Part shown: positions 48,599 through 54,499 of the stretch, piece after piece
Layout: each line of letters begins with the position of its first letter
How positions within the stretch are numbered: the first letter of the stretch is position 1
Sequence record: NC_048045.1
Direction: 5' to 3' (one strand)
DNA length: 64,000 nt
Program-made: the position numbers and the translations under genes
The notes under the pieces: model-generated
The model's database searches: none
Seen by the model: the letters and a program-made list of their open reading frames with translations, nothing else
Told to the model about the DNA's origin: nothing

Positions 48599-48736
48599 AT
48601 GTTCGCCTTGTCGCATCTCAGCCTGAGCACGAAAGCCGCCTCCCCGGCGTCGCTTTCGCTTGCCCTGCTGGCGACGGCCACGAAGCCCTCGACCAAGCCG
48701 ACCACCTCGGCCTCGCACTCGACGGAAACCCTCTAG
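48599..48736 (+). CDS. Putative attenuator leader peptide (45 aa; 42 residues S/L/A/T/K/P/H)
   Basis: Composition mirrors the 14 downstream tRNAs; followed by competing helices and a terminator. Confidence 0.8.
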   Translation: MFALSHLSLSTKAASPASLSLALLATATKPSTKPTTSASHSTETL

Positions 48737-48801
48737 GGTTTTTCGTCTCGGGTGCAGGCCTTGGAGCCGCACCCGCTACCTACATCCTGTAGACCTAGCG
48801 C

Positions 48802-48839
48802 AAGGCGGCTCCTCACCAGGGAGACCGCCTTTTCTTTTT
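48802..48839 (+). terminator. Attenuator terminator
   Basis: AAGGCGG-CTCC/GGAG-A-CCGCCTT plus TTCTTTTT; 5' arm can instead pair with GGAGCCGC 48763-48770. Confidence 0.85.
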
Positions 48840-48851
48840 CGCGTTGATCAT

Positions 48852-48927
48852 CGGGGTGTAGCTCAGTCGGTAGAGCGCTCGGTTCGGGACCGAGAGGCCG
48901 TGGGTTCAAGTCCCGCCACCCAGACCA
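48852..48927 (+). tRNA. tRNA-Pro(CGG)
   Basis: TT-CGG-GA loop. Confidence 0.9.
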
Positions 48928-48934
48928 ACGCCAT

Positions 48935-49011
48935 CGGGATGTAGCTCAGTTTGGGAGAGCGCGCGGCTGGGGGCCGCGAGGCCGCAGGTTCAAGTCCTGC
49001 CACCCCGACCA
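48935..49011 (+). tRNA. tRNA-Pro(GGG)
   Basis: CT-GGG-GG loop. Confidence 0.9.
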
Positions 49012-49016
49012 ACAAC

Positions 49017-49089
49017 GCTGTTGCGCGTGGTTTCGCGCCCACCCCTTGGTATGGGGTGGTAGAAGGTTCAATTCCTTCCAGCAGCACCA
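49017..49089 (+). tRNA. tRNA-Thr(GGT), short atypical D-arm
   Basis: TT-GGT-AT loop, G1-C72/C2-G71, A73, CCA. Confidence 0.7.
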
Positions 49090-49094
49090 GCAAC

Positions 49095-49164
49095 GCCGAT
49101 GCCTCTGGGAGGACGCGCCTTTCGTAAGGGTGCGAGGTGGGTTCAATCCCCACTTTCGGCTCCA
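49095..49164 (+). tRNA. tRNA-Thr(CGT), short atypical D-arm
   Basis: TT-CGT-AA loop; 70 nt; CCA. Confidence 0.65.
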
Positions 49165-49205
49165 GCATAGCGAGATCAAGGAGAAATCGCAAGCAGACAG
49201 AACAT

Positions 49206-49288
49206 GGATCGGGAACGTAAAGCTAGGCCGGGCCAGCAGTGGGCTCTTAATCCACGCGTAAGGGGTTCGACTCCCTCCCGATTCTCCA
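49206..49288 (+). tRNA. tRNA-Lys(CTT), 8/4-type fold
   Basis: CT-CTT-AA loop; GGATCGGG/CCCGATTC acceptor, 4-bp T-stem. Confidence 0.7.
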
Positions 49289-49293
49289 ACAAT

Positions 49294-49383
49294 GCACAAG
49301 TGACCCGAGCGGCGAAGGGCGTCGACTTTTAATCGACTAGGCGTCCAGCCTCACCGAGGGTTCGAGTCCCTCCTTGTGCTCCA
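49294..49383 (+). tRNA. tRNA-Lys(TTT) with long variable arm
   Basis: CT-TTT-AA loop; AGGC/GCCT V-arm; 90 nt. Confidence 0.8.
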
Positions 49384-49386
49384 TGT

Positions 49387-49473
49387 GCGAATGTGGCGGA
49401 ACTGGTAGACGCGCCGGCCTCAGGTGCCGGTACCCTTCGGGGCGTGTGGGTTCGAGTCCCACCTTTCGTACCA
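49387..49473 (+). tRNA. tRNA-Leu(CAG)
   Basis: CT-CAG-GT loop, long V-arm. Confidence 0.9.
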
Positions 49474-49480
49474 ACGACAT

Positions 49481-49568
49481 GCCTTGCTGGCGGAAGTGGT
49501 AGACGCACTGTTCTCAAAAAGCAGGCCGGGCGACCGGGCTCTGGGTTCGATCCCCAGGTGAGGCACCA
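49481..49568 (+). tRNA. tRNA-Leu(CAA)
   Basis: CT-CAA-AA loop, long V-arm. Confidence 0.9.
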
Positions 49569-49575
49569 AGACTGA

Positions 49576-49663
49576 TGCGAAGTGGCGGAAACTGGTAGAC
49601 GCACCGGCATGAGAGGCCGGCGCCCTTCGGGGCGTGAGGGTTCGAGTCCCTTCTTCGCGACCA
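49576..49663 (+). tRNA. tRNA-Leu(GAG)
   Basis: AT-GAG-AG loop, long V-arm. Confidence 0.85.
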
Positions 49664-49665
49664 AT

Positions 49666-49731
49666 GTCCCGATCGGGAAGATTCCAGGCGGCGCGGCGCG
49701 CGCGACACCGGAATCGTCCCGATCGGGAAGA
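49666..49731. repeat. 16-bp direct repeat GTCCCGATCGGGAAGA with palindromic core
   Basis: Copies at 49666 and 49716; GATTCC/GGAATC stem between them. Confidence 0.85.
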
Positions 49732-49743
49732 CGACGAGATTAT

Positions 49744-49814
49744 GCTGATCGCCGCTGGGCGGGGAGCGGGTTGTGTCCCCGCTAGGCACGGTTCGATCCC
49801 GTGGGTCAGTACCA
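49744..49814 (+). tRNA. tRNA-His(GTG), compact D-arm, A73
   Basis: TT-GTG-TC loop; 7/5 stems; A73 as in alphaproteobacterial tRNA-His. Confidence 0.65.
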
Positions 49815-49819
49815 GATAC

Positions 49820-49890
49820 GGGGTATGCGCAGGGCGCAGCCATCCTTTGCAAGGACGGCGGGGTGGGTTCGAGTCCCACATACTCCACCA
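49820..49890 (+). tRNA. tRNA-Ala(TGC), compact D-arm
   Basis: G3:U70 pair, TT-TGC-AA loop. Confidence 0.8.
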
Positions 49891-49894
49891 ACAT

Positions 49895-49984
49895 GGAAGG
49901 TCAACCGGACAGGCGCGCCGGGACTGCCTCGAAAGCAGATCGCACTCTCCGGGGTGTGGGGATCGAGACCTCGGCCTTCCTCCA
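49895..49984 (+). tRNA. tRNA-Ser(CGA), 8/4 fold
   Basis: CT-CGA-AA; GGAAGGTC/GGCCTTCC acceptor. Confidence 0.85.
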
Positions 49985-49988
49985 ACAT

Positions 49989-50078
49989 GGTGAGCGAACG
50001 GGACAGGCGTGCCCGGTCCGCCTGGAAAGCGCGACGCACTCTCCGGGGTGTGGGATTCGAGTTCTCCGCTCACCGCCA
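49989..50078 (+). tRNA. tRNA-Ser(GGA), 8/4 fold
   Basis: CT-GGA-AA; GGTGAGCG/CGCTCACC acceptor. Confidence 0.85.
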
Positions 50079-50082
50079 ACAT

Positions 50083-50172
50083 GGTAGGCGAACCGGACAG
50101 GCGTGCCGGCGCCGTTTGCTAAACGAGCGGCACTCTCCGGGGTGTGGGATTCAAGCTCTCCGCCTACCGCCA
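50083..50172 (+). tRNA. tRNA-Ser(GCT), 8/4 fold
   Basis: TT-GCT-AA; GGTAGGCG/CGCCTACC acceptor. Confidence 0.85.
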
Positions 50173-50214
50173 TTTTGATGTTGACGCCGGCCCCTGCCGA
50201 TGTCATACGTCACG

Positions 50215-50460
50215 ACAGAGCGAACGCCCTTGGCCGGGTTGGTGGATGTGCCGGTTGCATCACGCCCCGTCGAGCCCTAGTAGCTCTTGAGTGGAGTTTT
50301 CCGCCTCCCTCCCTAACAAGGAGGCGGACCCCAACATCGCGATCCAGTGATCGTCGGCGACGGGCGCCGTTAGAGCCCCCTTGCGCGCGGAAACGCTGCG
50401 GAGGGGATCGTCCCGACCACATTCGCTCGCCGGCAAAAATCTTCGCCGGCGTTAACTTTT
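50215..50460 (+). ncRNA. Candidate ~215-nt structured RNA with its own promoter and terminator
   Basis: TTGACG 50181; GAGCGAA/TTCGCTC closing helix; GCCGGC hairpin plus T-run. Confidence 0.45.
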
Positions 50461-50464
50461 CTTC

Positions 50465-50500
50465 TTGACCTTTGAAAGGTCCTGGTGTAGTTTCCCCGTC
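50465..50500 (+). promoter_or_regulatory. Promoter of the Tyr-to-Arg tRNA unit
   Basis: TTGACC-N15-TGTAGTTT; ATG 7 nt later suggests a leaderless mRNA. Confidence 0.7.
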
Positions 50501-50596
50501 ATGAGCAAGTCGTACCGCCAATTCGTGCAGATTCAGGTCGTCCGGAATTTCCGGGCGGGCCGTTCGCGCATGGATGATGGCGGGACCTTTATCTAG
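50501..50596 (+). CDS. Putative attenuator leader peptide MSKSYRQFVQIQVVRNFRAGRSRMDDGGTFI
   Basis: Codons 5-18 are all read by the downstream tRNAs; contains an 18-nt antiterminator strand. Confidence 0.85.
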   Translation: MSKSYRQFVQIQVVRNFRAGRSRMDDGGTFI

Positions 50597-50622
50597 GTCC
50601 AGACACCTCAACCCAATTCGCG

Positions 50623-50660
50623 AAAGGCCCGCCTGGACACCCAGGCGGGCCTTTTTCTTT
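50623..50660 (+). terminator. Attenuator terminator
   Basis: AAAGGCCCGCCTGG-ACAC-CCAGGCGGGCCTTT plus TTCTTT. Confidence 0.9.
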
Positions 50661-50717
50661 TCCGTTTCGCTGATCCGAGGAGATCGCAGATGAACAACGG
50701 GGGCTAGTCCTCCACAT

Positions 50718-50802
50718 GGATGCTTAAAGCTGGAGGGCTCCAGCCGGGGGCTGTAAACCCCCTCTCTTCGGAGGAGTGGTTCGATCCCACAAGCATCCAC
50801 CA
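50718..50802 (+). tRNA. tRNA-Tyr(GTA), 8/4-type fold
   Basis: CT-GTA-AA; GGATGCTT/AAGCATCC acceptor; GTGG/CCAC T-stem. Confidence 0.75.
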
Positions 50803-50803
50803 T

Positions 50804-50878
50804 GGTCATGTAGCTGAGACAGATTAGCGCCGGCGTGAAATCCCGGAGACGAGGATGCGAGCACCTCCTAGACCACCA
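50804..50878 (+). tRNA. tRNA-Phe(GAA), degenerate T-loop
   Basis: GT-GAA-AT loop, CCA. Confidence 0.65.
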
Positions 50879-50883
50879 ACAAC

Positions 50884-50959
50884 GCCCGATGAGCCAGATG
50901 GGAAGGCACCGCTTTGACATGGCGGCATTGAGAAGGTTCGATTCCTTCATCAGGCACCA
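50884..50959 (+). tRNA. tRNA-Val(GAC)
   Basis: TT-GAC-AT loop. Confidence 0.85.
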
Positions 50960-50964
50960 ACCAC

Positions 50965-51040
50965 GCAAGTGTAGCTCAGTTGGTAGAGCAGCGGACCGAT
51001 AATCCGCCCGTCCCTGGTTCGAGTCCAGGCATTTGCACCA
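50965..51040 (+). tRNA. tRNA-Ile(GAT)
   Basis: CC-GAT-AA loop. Confidence 0.85.
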
Positions 51041-51047
51041 TTTCTGA

Positions 51048-51122
51048 TGTGGCATAGCTCAGGGGTAGAGCGTCCGCTTGATAAGCGGGAGGTCGTGGGT
51101 TCGAAACCCCCTGCCACTACCA
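51048..51122 (+). tRNA. tRNA-Ile(GAT)
   Basis: TT-GAT-AA loop. Confidence 0.85.
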
Positions 51123-51153
51123 ATTCCAGGCCGGCGGAGAGAGCCGGTCCTGT

Positions 51154-51227
51154 AGGCGATTAGCTCAATGGTAGAGCGGGGGTGCCACAAACCTCAGGCG
51201 TAGGTTCGATTCCTACATCGCCCACCA
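51154..51227 (+). tRNA. tRNA-Val(CAC)
   Basis: GC-CAC-AA loop (C33 atypical). Confidence 0.75.
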
Positions 51228-51232
51228 ATTGT

Positions 51233-51306
51233 TGAGGGTTCGTCTAATGGTAGGACGCCTGGGTCTGGTCCAGGTAATCTAGGTTCGAGTCCTAGCTCCT
51301 CATCCA
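51233..51306 (+). tRNA. tRNA-Gln(CTG)
   Basis: GT-CTG-GT loop; U1-A72. Confidence 0.85.
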
Positions 51307-51312
51307 AGTTGT

Positions 51313-51386
51313 TCTCGGGTGGTCTAATGGTAGGACGGCTGGTTTTGGTCCAGCAGGTTGGGGTTCGATTCCTTGGCCGAGAGCCA
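51313..51386 (+). tRNA. tRNA-Gln(TTG)
   Basis: TT-TTG-GT loop; U1-A72, G73. Confidence 0.85.
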
Positions 51387-51403
51387 ACTGCTTTTGAGTT
51401 TAT

Positions 51404-51478
51404 TCCAGTCAATGCACAAGGTGTGCAGCGGCACTGTTAATGCCTGTGAGCCCGGTTCGATTCCGGGGTCTGGAGCCA
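51404..51478 (+). tRNA. tRNA-Asn(GTT)
   Basis: CT-GTT-AA loop; G73. Confidence 0.85.
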
Positions 51479-51503
51479 ACACGCCGGCCTAGGCCGGTCA
51501 TGC

Positions 51504-51586
51504 GCCCTGGTAACCGAGGGGGATTACGAATCCCTTAGTCGTAGCAGGAGTTGAAAAGGGTGGTTCGAATCCACTCCAGGGTGCCA
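51504..51586 (+). tRNA. tRNA-Arg(ACG)-like, D-arm absent, long variable region
   Basis: TT-ACG-AA loop; acceptor, T-arm and CCA intact. Confidence 0.55.
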
Positions 51587-51593
51587 AATCTAT

Positions 51594-51676
51594 AGCGCGC
51601 AGGCCGAGCAGGATCATCGTCAGGCGTCGCCCTCCGAAGGCGAAGAGGCCCGGTTCGAGTCCGGGGCGCGCTGCCA
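51594..51676 (+). tRNA. tRNA-Arg(CCG), expanded D region
   Basis: CT-CCG-AA loop; 7/5 stems; CCA. Confidence 0.7.
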
Positions 51677-51679
51677 CAT

Positions 51680-51757
51680 GCGCGGGTAGCTCAATGGAGC
51701 CAGAGCAGCCGTCTTCTACACGGTGGGTTGGGGGTTCGAGTCCCTCCCCGCGTGCCA
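51680..51757 (+). tRNA. tRNA-Arg(TCT)
   Basis: CT-TCT-AC loop; CCA. Confidence 0.8.
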
Positions 51758-51789
51758 AACTTGACGGGCGATGCCGAATCGCTCAACGT

Positions 51790-52080
51790 CGACCCTGGCT
51801 CTCGGTGGGCCACGATTGCACGTCGCCGGTGCCCTGGCCGTACACCCAGGGAGCAGCCCGGCGGCGTTCCAACACGGTTTCTGGACGATCTTCGAACGCG
51901 GCTTGCCGTGGAGGGGTGCTGGATGGGGCCGAGGTAGGAGGAACCATCGAGCATCTCCTCATCCTGGACTGGGCCTCCTGGGGGCTCCTCCGGGTCAAAC
52001 AGGGCCTGACCCGACCCCGGAGATGCGCCGACCTTGATCACCCAGGATCGCTGGGTCGGTGGAAAGGGTCTGAAATTTTT
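51790..52080 (+). ncRNA. Candidate ~280-nt structured RNA
   Basis: TTGACG 51761; GACCCT/AGGGTC closing helix; several internal hairpins; T-run after. Confidence 0.4.
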
Positions 52081-52124
52081 CTGGCTCTTATGTGTTGACA
52101 CGCATTTCAGAGCCGGCTACAACC

Positions 52125-52260
52125 CTCCTCGTAGAGCGGCGCTGGGGCCAGGAGGCCCCGTCGTTGAGCCTCTGCGTTGTCGTCAGAAACGGCCCGCCGG
52201 CTTCCCGCCGCGCGGGCCGTTTCGTCATGGGCGTCATGCGACCTTGAGTCCACCGTGGGT
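52125..52260 (+). ncRNA. Candidate small RNA or structured leader
   Basis: TTGACA-N15-GCTACAAC promoter at 52095; 12-bp stem 52186-52223. Confidence 0.35.
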
Positions 52261-52263
52261 AGT

Positions 52264-52305
52264 GTCGTGAATCTTGACTTTCGACCACCTTTCCGGTAGC
52301 TTCCC
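52264..52305 (+). promoter_or_regulatory. Promoter with GANTC operator
   Basis: GTCGTGAATCTTGAC 52264-52278. Confidence 0.7.
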
Positions 52306-52347
52306 CTTCATCACCAACGCTCATAAGTCGGGGACTAGAGAGCCGCA

Positions 52348-52746
52348 ATGTCGCAAGACCACACCGGCTCCGCAACGCAGGGCCAAGAACACATCTTCCG
52401 TAAGCTGGATGAGCTTGGCGCAATGCACATGCGTACCCGCGAGGACATGGCCGAGGTCAAGGAGAAGGTGAAGACCATCGCCTCCTCTCAGGAGCGCTTT
52501 GAGCGCGACGTCTGGCGTGAAATGGATATTCGCCACACCGAGACCAAGCAGGCCCTGGCCGATATCAAGGATCACACCAACGAGCGGATCAGCGAGATCG
52601 AGTCCAAGGTGAACACCATCCGCGAGGAGCGGATCGCCGAAAAAGCCCAATGGCGCGGCCCCGAAAAGGTCATCGCCGCCATCGTCGCCCTGGCGGGCGG
52701 CGTCACGGCGATCGGCGTGCTCTGGAGCATCTTCAAGCCGCACTAA
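52348..52746 (+). CDS. Coiled-coil protein with C-terminal TM (holin/XhlA-like candidate)
   Basis: Long coiled coil then VIAAIVALAGGVTAIGVLWSIF. Confidence 0.6.
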   Translation: MSQDHTGSATQGQEHIFRKLDELGAMHMRTREDMAEVKEKVKTIASSQERFERDVWREMDIRHTETKQALADIKDHTNERISEIESKVNTIREERIAEKAQWRGPEKVIAAIVALAGGVTAIGVLWSIFKPH

Positions 52747-52780
52747 TCCTACAGTCAAGCTTGTTCCCCTGCGGCCAGAA

Positions 52781-52825
52781 GTCGCGCTTCTTGACACCCC
52801 TGGTCGGCCCGAGCTAACCATATGC
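52781..52825 (+). promoter_or_regulatory. Promoter with an operator variant lacking GANTC
   Basis: GTCGCGCTTCTTGACA-N16-GCTAACCA. Confidence 0.6.
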
Positions 52826-52849
52826 CATCTGTTCCTGGGGAGTTCCTAG

Positions 52850-53071
52850 ATGGCTGCTGCGCTTACCCTCGTCTCGCGTGAGACGGATTATTCGACCACC
52901 ACGGAAATCGATCCGGACGCGGCGCATCAGCGCCTCATCCTGGTCCTGAACACCGCCGCAGAAGCGGGCCTTGGTGACATGACGTTGGAAGTCAAAGAGG
53001 AGATCGAGGCCCTGCTCAAGCAGGCGTCTATCGAACTCTCGAATTGCCGGATCGTGGGGGGAGTTCCTTAA
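52850..53071 (+). CDS. Hypothetical protein
   Basis: GGGAG SD. Confidence 0.7.
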   Translation: MAAALTLVSRETDYSTTTEIDPDAAHQRLILVLNTAAEAGLGDMTLEVKEEIEALLKQASIELSNCRIVGGVP

Positions 53072-53093
53072 TCGCCATCCCAGAGGGAGCGAC

Positions 53094-53960
53094 GTGTCCG
53101 AGTCTTCCGAATTCAACCCGCTCGACGAAACCCAGTTCCCTCCTCGCCTCACCAAGGCGGCTGCGCGGCAAGCGCGGCGCCTGGAGAAAAGCCAGAAAAA
53201 GGACCCCACGGCGAACAAGCCGAACTACAAGGCGCTCGAAGCCAAGACTGAACGCCAGAAGCGCTACATCCAGGCGCTGAAGGCCGGCGAGAGCGCCATC
53301 GCTATCGGTGGGGCCGGCACGGGAAAGACCTACATCCCGTCCCGGCTCTTCGCCAAGAAGCTGATCGAAGGCAAGACCGAACGCCTGATCATCGCCCGCG
53401 TTACCGCCTCGCGGGCCAAACACGCCCTGGGCTTCCTGCCCGGCAAGCTCGAAGCCAAGCTGGCCCCCTGGCTGGTCCCGGTGATCGAGGGCGTCAAGGC
53501 GGAAATGAACGCCCAGACCTACACGCAGTTGCAAGAGGCCGGCAAGATCGAGTTCGCCTCCTTCGAGCACATGCGTGGCCGGACCTTCGGCGAGTGCTGC
53601 GTCCTCCTGGACGAGGCGCAGAACGCCGACTACAAGGACCTGAAGATGGTCCTGACCCGCTGGGGTGAAAACGCCCAGTACGCGGTCACCGGCGACGTCG
53701 ACCAGATCGACGTGGACGACTCCGGGCTGGACACGGTCATCGACATCGTCGAGGCCAACGACATCCCCATCCACGTCATTGAGTTCACCGACGAGGACGT
53801 CGTGCGCTCGCCCATGGCTAAGGCCTGGGTCAAGGCCTTCTCCGCCCATGAGGGCAAGGACGGCCGCCCCCGGCGCTTCCACCGCCCGGCTGTCAGGAAT
53901 CTTGACGCTTTGCCGGTGTTCATCGATAATGGCCATGTCACGAAATCCGTGGCATCGTGA
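53094..53960 (+). CDS. phoH: PhoH-like ATPase
   Basis: GGAGTGKT Walker A, LGFLPGKLEAKLAPW, EHMRGRTF, LLDEAQN, VTGDVDQID. Confidence 0.95.
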   Translation: MSESSEFNPLDETQFPPRLTKAAARQARRLEKSQKKDPTANKPNYKALEAKTERQKRYIQALKAGESAIAIGGAGTGKTYIPSRLFAKKLIEGKTERLIIARVTASRAKHALGFLPGKLEAKLAPWLVPVIEGVKAEMNAQTYTQLQEAGKIEFASFEHMRGRTFGECCVLLDEAQNADYKDLKMVLTRWGENAQYAVTGDVDQIDVDDSGLDTVIDIVEANDIPIHVIEFTDEDVVRSPMAKAWVKAFSAHEGKDGRPRRFHRPAVRNLDALPVFIDNGHVTKSVAS

Positions 53961-53962
53961 CA
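53892..53962 (+). promoter_or_regulatory. Neck-operon promoter inside the phoH 3' end, carrying both operator types
   Basis: GTCAGGAATCTTGAC 53892-53906; TGTCACG-N13-CGTGACA 53936-53962. Confidence 0.65.
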
Positions 53963-53977
53963 AAGACGTAGAGCACC

Positions 53978-54499
53978 ATGGCCTTCACCTTCGTTGTTGA
54001 GACCGGCGCCGGCGACCCGGCCGCGAACTCGTACTGCGATGTGCAGTTCGCGGACGACTACATCTACGCCAACGTCTACTCGAACACCGCCTGGGCCGCC
54101 TTGGAGGACGAGGACAAGGAACGCTTCCTTGTCCGCGCCTCCAAGTACCTGGACCGGACGGTGCAATGGGCGGGGGAGAAGGTCGAGGAGGACTCCGGCC
54201 TGCGCTGGCCGCGCGCCGGGGTCTACGATGTCGATGGCTTCCTGATCCCCAGCGATGCCATCCCGCAGCAGTTGATGGAGGCCACCGCCGAAATGGCGGC
54301 GGCGCTCCTCAACAACGACTGGACGTCGCCGCAGACCACGCGCGGCATGAAGGAAATCCAGGTCGACGTCATCGAACTGAAGTTCGACACCGAGGTCCAG
54401 CGCGGCTCGATGCCGGACATCGTCATGCAAATCCTGGAGGGCCTGGGCGTGGTCAAGACCGGCCAGCGCCCGGCCTTCAAGAAGATCATCCGTCACTAA
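53978..54499 (+). CDS. Head-tail connector/adaptor (DnaT-like domain type)
   Basis: FVVETGAG..ANSY..ADDY; LRWPR. Confidence 0.75.
   Translation: MAFTFVVETGAGDPAANSYCDVQFADDYIYANVYSNTAWAALEDEDKERFLVRASKYLDRTVQWAGEKVEEDSGLRWPRAGVYDVDGFLIPSDAIPQQLMEATAEMAAALLNNDWTSPQTTRGMKEIQVDVIELKFDTEVQRGSMPDIVMQILEGLGVVKTGQRPAFKKIIRH

Noticed and set aside
48487-48792. 101-aa ORF and the 48506 ATG as the real leader gene
   Set aside because: Both starts lie within or upstream of the -10 region; the 48599 frame explains the composition and the helix logic
49046-49052. Third tRNA-Pro(TGG)
   Set aside because: The 7-nt loop centred on the stem reads GGT, and acceptor identity elements fit Thr
50690-50707. Mini-ORF MNNGG with GAGGAG, and GGAG-loop hairpins in tRNA spacers (49170, 50671, 51128)
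   Set aside because: Too short to separate from chance; some stems have only 4 bp
51920-51940. GGGGCCGA as the 5' end of a permuted tmRNA
   Set aside because: No upstream T-arm plus CCA acceptor piece and no tag reading frame found
47324-52101. Many 60-160 aa ORFs over the tRNA array
   Set aside because: Overlap clear tRNA genes and lack coding codon bias
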